From an uncultured bacterium (GTDB lineage: Bacteria; Acidobacteriota; Thermoanaerobaculia; Multivoradales; JAHZIX01): a DNA stretch of 64,000 nt. Positions within the stretch are counted from its first letter, which is position 1, and the number at the start of each line of letters is the position of its first letter. A model generated the notes under the pieces. The model was not told where the DNA came from. It saw only the letters and a program-made list of their open reading frames with translations, and made no database searches. Positions 54,701-61,000 of the stretch are shown here, piece after piece. The stretch covers positions 200,416-264,415 of the forward strand of contig CBDUPA010000008.1 in NCBI GenBank assembly GCA_965368975.1. The letters run 5' to 3'. A program made the position numbers and the translations under genes.

Positions 54701-55017
54701 TCCTGCATCAGCGACAGGGGGGCGAAGATCTCGCCGTTTGGACCCAACTCGTCCGTCGAAGGTGGCCGCGCTTGTGGACCGTTGGCGGCAGCGCCCTGGT
54801 CGGACGCCTGGCGGTTCTTGCTGGCTGCCCAGCGCTCGCGCAGCGATTGCCGGCGTGGCGCCGCTACAGGGGCGCGAGCGTCGTCGACAGCTGGTTGCGC
54901 GGATGTCGGTTGTTGCGACGCTTCGATCTCGCGCTTCTGCTGGAGGCGGCGTTCGAGTATAGCTCTCTGGGCCGGCGTTAGCGACGCCAGCCGATCTTGC
55001 AGATTCTTGGTACTCAT
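45709..55017 (-). CDS. NRPS, 3102 aa: N-dock, (C-A-T)x2, C-Asub-T, C-dock
   Basis: Three HHxxxDG motifs, two A3 motifs, three GGHSL motifs; N-terminus LQDRLASLTPAQRAILERRL; tail LLTEIEQLSDDEVDERL. Confidence 0.97.
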   Translation of the reverse strand: MSTKNLQDRLASLTPAQRAILERRLQQKREIEASQQPTSAQPAVDDARAPVAAPRRQSLRERWAASKNRQASDQGAAANGPQARPPSTDELGPNGEIFAPLSLMQERIWVLDQIAPGNPAFNLPILAYRLEGRLRTADLQHALSVAETRHECLRTTFRNVDGEGLQVIQPPRQRTPMPLVDLRRLSQDDRERAWEDVSVTGGRAAYDLQRGPLWRPIVLRIDDEDHVMVLLMHHIVSDGWSMAVLFQDLHAVYGGAPPETLPTPRYHYRDFSRWQQEQKEAGVLDADLAYWKQHLEGASLVLELPTDRPRPARQTFDGYRWFEVFPDGLWEHMVSAHGGAGTTAFVYMLALWSLLMQRLSGQREILTGCPMAGRHQAGTEALVGFFVNTLVLRASVDPAMPFHEFLSQMHDRVLEGFDHRDLPFHMLVQGIQGHRDPAYPPVFQTMFNFQNIPMPDMKLGDLPVDQGDVQDFTSQVDLILYTGFDETRNRGFAFLEFNSDLFDLTTIGRWHHHLVHLLESVLADPSTPVGELQLLGPGQRQQLLIEWPDRVGAETDIGGRPQWGAPTQKSPADLLHRVLDPWLAATPDAIALCAPPYQLSYGELQRRATGLAQTLRSRGVRPDDVVAVQLPRRLELPVSLLAILQAGGAYLVLDPAQPAGRRRQLLEDSRARLLLTGADGADFTAADFTGPAGIEVLHMALPGALAEGDTSDASDAPDAPEAPDALEASAPENLAYLIYTSGSTGTPKGVLLQHAHAVRMLRASRPWLATRPGDTWALLHSYAFDFSVWELWATLSRGGRGLLVPGRVTRAPQTLHQWLAREAVAVLHQTPTAFPQLDAVDAGGPQLGALHTVLFGGEALPLERLRGWAERHPSVALHNLYGPTEVTVYGTQRRLHPADLQRGGIAPLGHSIVGVPAFVTDPRGGLLSAGVHGELRIGGSHLARGYLDRPALTAEKFVPDSFSKLLSPSGVRVPGGHRLYRTGDLVRRDATGELHFLGRVDQQVKLRGFRIELGEIEARLARHPRVTACALLLEGAADAARLSAYLVIATGGTPASNPIRPENSRPENIRPENSRPENSRPEDSELRDFLADDLPAYMLPSRYVCVEQLPRTAGGKVDRKALALLAENSAEAAPRSGPNQYQAPRNETEERLAQLWAEALQLPQISVDADFFELGGHSLLATRLAARIQKAFDIDLPVQVLFEAPTIALLAPRLRAGAGHDTPRLPPLEPLPRSEDGTLLHSSAPTSFTQRRLWFLERLVPDNPFYVVPVAWELRGPLQHTALARAFTALVARHETLRTVFVVHDGMVLNSEVLDGEVLDGEVCDGEPAQRVQRSPAWRPLPVVDLGQLGEFAEAEARRLGSAEAGRPFRLDTETQLRTSLLRLGAERHVLLLSLHHITSDGWSLGILGRDLDALYRAWFRALSPEPDTATPQGAAPVSLPPLPIHYSDYAAWQRSWLQGGLLEDQLDWWRGQLVGDDGRPPQLDLPTDRPRPAVARFRGAQLAFALPPGLLPRIEHLTAREVSGSGTTLFMVLLAGFATLLGRASGQRDMILGSPVAGRQRTEVEDLIGVFINTLALRCRLVNDHGETLTFRQLLARLRTGVLGAFAHQDLPFERLVEALAPERDLSRNPLFQISFALQNAPEPGGRLGDLELAGFPVELHSTHFDLEVHLRPAAATETSEATLMGAASYDPDLYDRTTILRLCRHLGRLLDAAAAAPDVPVDTLPLLDDAERHQLLLATNDTAIAVPRQGLATRFADVATQRPDGVAAVYGRQHLSYDELARRAARASSALRRQQLRPDELVGLELATGIDLLVAMLGVLWAGGAYVPIDPELPEARRSWLRADSGARLVIDSIDAWLHASPHPSPPTVVDPGSLAYVLYTSGSTGRPKGVAVPQRAVLRLVLGHDTGLGHDTGAPNFQKFGPGDRLAQAATPSFDAATYELWGALLHGGTVVGVTRDTLLSPSRLARHLRRQRVTGMFLAATVFQRIVAVQPDAFAPLDHLHVGGEAPPLNAVRRVLESPAPPGYLGNGYGPTENTTFTTWAELTLASTSRGIPLGRPLLGTRVHLLDCRLQLALLGAPGELCTGGDGLARGYLGRPALTAEKFVPDPYSTAIDDKPSANGTGSRLYRTGDLARRRADGTLEFLGRRDQQVKIRGFRVEPGEVAAVLGEHASVERAAVLARPGASGDLRLLAYVVPVQDSLEPAELRIWLRGRLPDYLVPAVVILLDALPLTAHGKLDHRALPEPDAEANTGAHSAEPAPTSGPHAPRDAFEEVLLDIWRELLGPVREQDPDTDFFELGGHSLLATQVMSRLRQLFGVDLPLRTLFENPTPAALAVEVRQALDADHGTRAAELPLVPRPRTGYEPGEGAPLSFGQQRLWFLEQMGAAGPAYHLPAFAELRGTMEVRTLTTAIARILQRHEVLRSGYRGRPDIAEQVVLALSASPERWSLPVIDLSALPLAARGAELQRLTQVEFLRPFPLAADAACGPGETPVLRGSLVRLSPQRGSDDRHALLINVHHIAFDGWSLGLFFREMTEGYKAQQGVHPGSEPPRLQYADYAAWQQQVFDAEALAPRIDAWVQELDGAPTLLALPTDRPRGEVTNDTRAGRVHWQLDGELSARLRTLSRDHGCTLFMTLVATLQLLLGRLSGQDRVLLGSPIAGRTRRETEELIGFFINPLVLHGDLRPTNADASLRFTEFLQRTRRTVLAAYGRQDVPFEQVIQALKPEPSLNHTPLYQVSFNLLNLPSAPLQLPNLTIELLDFGEAAAKFDLNFYVRECTESISEGDQTPSIEGKRAPSIDIELHYRRALFQEARIRSLLQGFEALLRAVCEAPETDVRRLPLRAIGTTDGGWLEPLAVERRLQDHPAVQAAAVVACRDADGELQWTACAVASPPPFVGMQVRLDVDVLLRWIGEALPLAKPPMVGLAGLRVLQIDKLPTSRGVVDRVELQRQLARSLADASADSSDGGTNRSSFQAPRTPLEQSLAAIWQQLLDLPGDSSSIHVHDDFFDLGGHSLLAGRLQAAVLDRIGVELPLRTLFEAPTLEALAYRVEKLRADLESRLDGAPAAGSGEDLHQLLTEIEQLSDDEVDERLLHRPDT
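51766..51844 (-). repeat. 15-bp in-frame tandem repeat encoding RPEN(S/I) x5
   Basis: Plus-strand GCTGTTTTCTGGTCG and variants at a 15-bp period. Confidence 0.9.
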
Positions 55018-55073
55018 GTGGGTGGGAACTCTCGATCAGGAGACCGTGGCACTCCAGCCCTAGCACTTCGTCC

Positions 55074-58000
55074 TTATTGGGGAGTCAGGCGGGCGTCCAC
55101 CTCGTCGTCCGATAGGTTCTCGATCTCCGCCAACAGGTCTTGAAGGTCATCCCCGGAGTCACTGGGTGTGCGCAGCTGCTGCGCGGTGGACTCGACAATG
55201 CGCGCGGCCAGGTCGGCCAAGGTGGGGGTTTCGAAGAGCGCGCGCAGGGGCAGTTCGAGAGCGAATTCGTCGCGAATCGCTGAAATCAGACGTGCTGCCA
55301 GCAAGGAATGTCCACCCAGATCGAAGAAATCCGAGAAGACGCCGACGTCCTCGCGCTCCAGCAAACGCTGCCAGATGTCGACCAGCGTCTGCTCGACGGC
55401 GTTGCGTGGCTCGACGGACGGCGCGCTGGCGCCGCCGGCGCTGGTCACTTGCTGCACCAACTCGCGTCGGTCGAGCTTGCCACTGGCGGTGCGCGGAAGA
55501 CGTTCGAGTTGCAGTACTGCCGCGGGCACCTCGTAGGCCGGCAGCTGTTCACCGAGCCAGGCGCGCAGAGCGTCACCGTCGAGCTCGATGGTCATGCCCT
55601 CGTAGGGCGGTGGCACGGCTTCGACGGCCGCCACCAGGCGCAGCTCGCTGCCATCCTGGCCGCTGGTCGGCACGACCGCCGCGGCCTGTACCGCTGGGTG
55701 CTCGGCGAGTGCGGCCTCGATTTCCGCCGGCTCGACGCGAAAACCACGGACCTTGAGCTGGCGGTCGGCGCGGCCGAGGAATTCGACGTTGCCGTCCGGC
55801 AGGCTGCGGCCTAGGTCTCCCGTGCGGTAGAGGCGCGCGCCGTCGTGCAGTGGGAAGCGCTGTGCCGAGGCCTCGGCATCGTCCAGGAAGCCGTGGGCCA
55901 GCTGGGTCCCGCGGACGAAGATCTCGCCGGCTTCACCGATGCCGCACTGTTGACCCCAGTGTTGCCCCGAGTGTTGCCCCGAGTCTTGTCCGGAAGGTGC
56001 CAGCACCAGGAGCTGGGTCATCAGGCCCGTTGCCACGGCGTCGATGCCTCTTCCGAGGGGGGCGGCCCCGCGACCAGGACCCGTGCCGAAGTCGTCGGGA
56101 ACCGGCCACCAGCCCTGCACCTGCGGCGTCTCGGTGGCGCCATAGAAGTTGACCGCGTGCACGCGGGGTGCCCGCCGGCGCAGAGTCGCGACGTCGCCAG
56201 CGGTGAGCACGTCGCCACCGAAGAAGGCGTAGTCGAGGCAGGGAAGCGGGCGCATCGGTGCGGTGGCGAGCAGCTGTCCGAGGGCCGGCGTCAGGTGCAG
56301 GAAGTCGATGGCTTCTTCGGCCAGCCAGGCGGCCAGACGGGCGGGATCGGCGTGCACGTCGGCATCCGGGATGCAGACGGTGCCGCCACCGCTCAGGCTG
56401 GTGAACAGATCGCGCAGCAGGGGATCGTGGCCGATGCCGGAGACCGCCGCGCCACGCCGGATCGGTGCTCCCGGATCGGGGGCGCTGGCCAGGCCGAAGG
56501 TGTCCAGCTGCCAGCGCAGGAAGCGGGCCAGCGGCGCGGCTTCGCCGAGCACCGCCTTGGGTTCACCGGTCGAACCGGAAGTGAAGGCGATGTAGGCCGG
56601 GTGGCGGGTCTCGCCACCGGTCGACGCGACCTCGATCGGCGGCCGGGCTGTACCGGAGGGCTCGCCACTGATGCGCACACGCGTGCGGCTGGCGTCGAGG
56701 CGCAGCGCCGGGCGTACGCGTCGCAGCAAGGCGTCCAGGCGCGTGGCAGGGTAGGCGGCGTCGAGCAGTACCAGGACGGCACTGGCGCCGAGCACGCCGA
56801 GCACGGCCTCGGCCAGCGCCGGCCCGCGGCGTGCCACGACCGCGACCGGTTGGCCGGGCTGCACGCCGCGCTGGAGTAGTTCCTGGGTGAGCGCCCGGCT
56901 GCGTTCGGACAGGCTGCCATAGCTGATGAACCAGGGTCGGTGGATACCTGAGGCAGGACCGCAATCTCGGCGATAGCTGAGAGCGATGCGCTCCGGGACG
57001 CGGCCGGTGCTGCGCGCGACCTGCGCTTGCGCGGGCTCCACCGCGACCTCTGCCGGCAGCGACCGCGCCGGATCCGGCAGCAGCTGGCGCGCCTCGGCGG
57101 TGATCAGGGAGATGCTGTAGACGTCGCGTTTCGGCGCCGCGCACATCGCTTCGAGCAAGCCCTGGTATTGGCGCAGCAGCTCGTCCATGCGGGCGGCGTC
57201 GAAGCGGGCTCGGCTGTAGTGCAGGTGCAGGTGGATGCCGCCGCCGTCGCTCGCCGGGTCGGTCGATTCCAGGATGTAGAGGTTGAGGTCGAACTTCGAC
57301 ACCGGGTCGCCGAAGTCGAGCATCTCGAAGGTGACGCCCGGCAGTTCCATGGGGGCCGGCGGCAGGTTGATCAGGTTGAAGAAGACCTGGAACAGCGGTG
57401 TGTGGCTGAGCGAGCGCTCGGGGTTGAGTTCTTCGACCAGCTTCTCGAACGGCACTTCCTGGTGCGCGTAGGCACCGAGGACGCGTTCACGTGTGCGTTG
57501 CAGGAGGCGTTCGAAGCTGAGGGAGCCATGGCTGAGCGTGCTCGTGTCGAGTGTCGACGTATCTTCGTCCTGCTCAGCTGCTTCGGGGCGCAGGTCACCG
57601 CGCAGGACCAGCGAGTTGATGAAGAAGCCGATCAGCCCCTCGATCTCGCGCCGCGTGCGGCCGGCGATCGGCGAGCCGATGAGCACGTCCTGCTGCCCGG
57701 CCAGGCGACCGAGTAGCAGTTGGAAGGCGGCGAGCAGCGTCATGAAGAGGGTGGTACCAGCCTTGCGACCGAGTTGGTGCAGGCGTTCTTGTAGTTCCAG
57801 GGGCAGCTGCAGGTGCGCACGGCCGGCGGTTGGTTCCGTCGCTGCCTGGGACCTTGGTCGTGGCCGGTCGGCAGGCAAGTCGAGTACGGTCGGGGCGCCG
57901 CGCAACTGGTCGAGCCAATAGTCGAGCTGACCGCGCAGCACCGGGCCGTCCATCCAGGCGCGTTGCCAGACGGCGTAGTCGCCGTACTGGACGGGCAGCG

Positions 58001-61000
58001 GCGGCAGCGTCGCGGCTAGGCGGCCCGGGGTCTGAGCCTCCATCGAACGGGCTCCGGCCGTCGTCGCGGCCCGATAGAGAGCGCCCAGCTCGCGGTAGAA
58101 GACACTCAGCGACCAGCCGTCGCAGGCGATGTGGTGGAAGGCGAGGAGCAGCGCATGGCGTTCGGGTTCGACGCGCAGCAGCGTTGCCCGCATGACCGGC
58201 CCGAGCTGGCCGTACGTGCCAGGTGCCTTCTCAGCCAGCGGGAAGCGGCGCCGGAAGTCACGTTCGCTGAGCTGTCGCAGCAGTGTCTCGCGCCGGTCGG
58301 CGTCCAGGTCGCTGAGGTCGACCATTGGCAGCACGACGCGCGTGGGCGGCGGTAGCACCACCTGGTGTGCCTCGTCGCCGCGTCCCTGGTAGGCGGTGCG
58401 CAACACTTCGTGGCGGTGCACCACGGCGCCGGCCGCCGCGGCCAGGGCGGGCACCTGCAGCTGCCCGCGCAGGGCGCAGAACGCCGGCATGTGGTAGGCC
58501 TCACCGGCAGCGTCGATCTGCTCCAGGAACCACAAGCGCTGCTGGCCGAAGGACAGCGGCAGCACAGATTCATCTTCACCAGAGCCGTGGTCGGCCGCCC
58601 GTGACGCCGGGATCAGGGCGGGGACCAAGGGCGAGTCGGCGCTCTCCCCGGTGGCTGCCTGTTCGGCCTGGCCGCGCAGCGCTTCGCGCACGACGCCCGC
58701 CAGGTGCGAGACCGTGGGGCCCTCGAACAGCCTGCGCAGCGGGACCTCGACGCCGAACACCTGGCGCAAGCGTGAGATGGTCTGGGTGGCGAGCAGCGAG
58801 TGGCCGCCGAGGTCGAAGAAGTCGTCGTGGATGCGCACGCGCCCGGGACCGCTGCGCGGCCGCTCGAGGAGCTCGGCCCAGATCTCGACCAACGCTTCTT
58901 CCACCGCGTCGCGCGGGGCTACACCGCCGGTGTCCGCCGGACGGCTGGTGCCCTCGATCTCAGGCTGTGGCAGCGCGCGCTGGTCGATCTTGCCGTTGGC
59001 GGTCAGCGGCAGCTCGTCGAGGAAGACGAAGGCGCTGGGCACCAAGTACTCGGGCAGGCGCTCGCCGAGCCAGGCACGCAGCTCGGCGGTATTCAGCAGG
59101 GTGCCGGCCAGGGCGGTGACGTAAGCGACCAGGCGCAGGTCGCGCCCCTTGCCACCGTCTGTGTCCGCGTCTTCCGCCGTGCTATCTGTTGGCGTACTGT
59201 CGGTGGGTGGGCGCCAGGCGATGACTGCCGCTTGTCGCACGCCCGGATGCTCGCTCAGGCGTGTTGCCACCTCGTCTGGCTCGACGCGGAAGCCGCGGAT
59301 CTTGACCTGTTGGTCGACGCGGCCGACGAACTCGATGGCACCATCGCCGCGCCGACGTACCAGGTCGCCGCTACGGTACAGGCGGCTCCCGGCCGCGGCG
59401 CTGAACGGATCGGGAATGAACTTCTCGGCGCTCAACGACGGTCGGTGCAAGTAGCCGCGTGCCAGGCCGTCGCCGCCGGTGCACAGTTCACCCGGTACGC
59501 CGAGTGGCACCAAGTGGAAGCGCGCGTCGAGCACGTGGACGCTCGTGTGCACCAGGGGCTGACCGATCGGCACTGTTGCAGGCATGCTTCCCGCTGGCTG
59601 GAAAGACGTCGCGTCGGTGACCGGGTGCCAGGTGGTGAAGGTGGTGTTCTCGGTCGGGCCGTAGACGTGGTTGAGATGTTGCGGTGGTCCCGCGTCGAGC
59701 ACACGCCGCACGCGCCGTGGGTCGACCGCCTCGCCGCCCCAGTGCAGGTGCCCGAGGCCGGCGAAAGCGTCGGGCACGGCGTCGGCGATACGGTGGAAAA
59801 CGGCGGTGACGATGAACAGGCTGTCCAGACGCAGGCGCCGCAGGGCCCGCGCCAGCTGCGGTGGCGACAGCAGAATCTCCTTGCGGATGCCGACCACCGT
59901 GCCGCCAAGTAGCAGCGGGCCCCACAGCTCGTAGGTGGCGGCGTCGAAGGAGGTGTTGGCGGCCTGACCGATGCGCAGACCTGGCGCGAAGCGCTCATAG
60001 TTCGGTGCCGCGCTGCCCTCCTGGTGTCCCAGAACCAGGCGCGACACGGCTTGATGCGGCACTGCGACGCCCTTGGGGCGGCCGGTCGAGCCGGAGGTGT
60101 AGATGACGTAGGCCAGGGCGTGCGGCGGCACCTCGATCGGTGTGGCTTCGGGGCTTGCCGAGGTCGAGGCAGAGCCCGGGCTCGACGTCGTCGCCAGGGC
60201 CTGTTCCAGCTGCAGGTGCGGTCCTTCTGGCAACGCTGGCAGCCAGGCGCGCGCGGCTACGGCCAGCGGCATGCGGCTGTCCTCGACCATCAGGCGTAGG
60301 CGCTCGGGCGGGTAGTCGGGGTCGAGCGGCAGGTAGGCACAGCCGCTGCCGAGAATACCGAGCAGGGCGGGTAGCCAGTCGATGCCGCGGTGGGCGCACA
60401 GGCCCACCGGCACGTCCGGTGCCAGCTGCAAGCCGGCCTCGGTGGCGCGCTGGCGCAGCGCCCGCGTGATGTTGGCGGCGCGCCGACGCAGTTCTCCGTA
60501 GCTGAGATGCCGGCGACCGTAGACCGCGGCGAGGCTGTCGGGCCGCTGGGCTGCGACCGTCCGGAAGCGAGTGTGTAGCGACGGCCGCGGCGCCAGGTGG
60601 TGCAGCGGATCGTTGGCCTCGCACAGCAGCTGGTGCCGTTCGGCCGCGTCGAGCCACAATAGGTCGAGCACTGGCCGGCCCGGCTGGTCGACGGCGGCCT
60701 GCAGCAGCTGGCCGAAGGCGCGTAGCAAGCGCTGGATGGTGGTGCGATCGAAGAGGTCCGGATCGTACGAGGCGGCTCCGTGCAGCGTGGAGTCCCGTCG
60801 ATGGTCGCTCGGCTGGCCACGTTTCGCGCCCAGGCCTGCGTCTGGAGGCACAGCGTCTTGGTAGACGTGGACCTCGAGATCGAAGCGTGTGGTGTGCAAC
60901 TCTACCGGCAGCGACCGGAGCTCCATGCCTCCCAGCCGCGAGCCCGGCTGAGGCGTGTTCTGCAACGCGAAAGTGACCTGGAACAGTGGGTTGCGCGATA

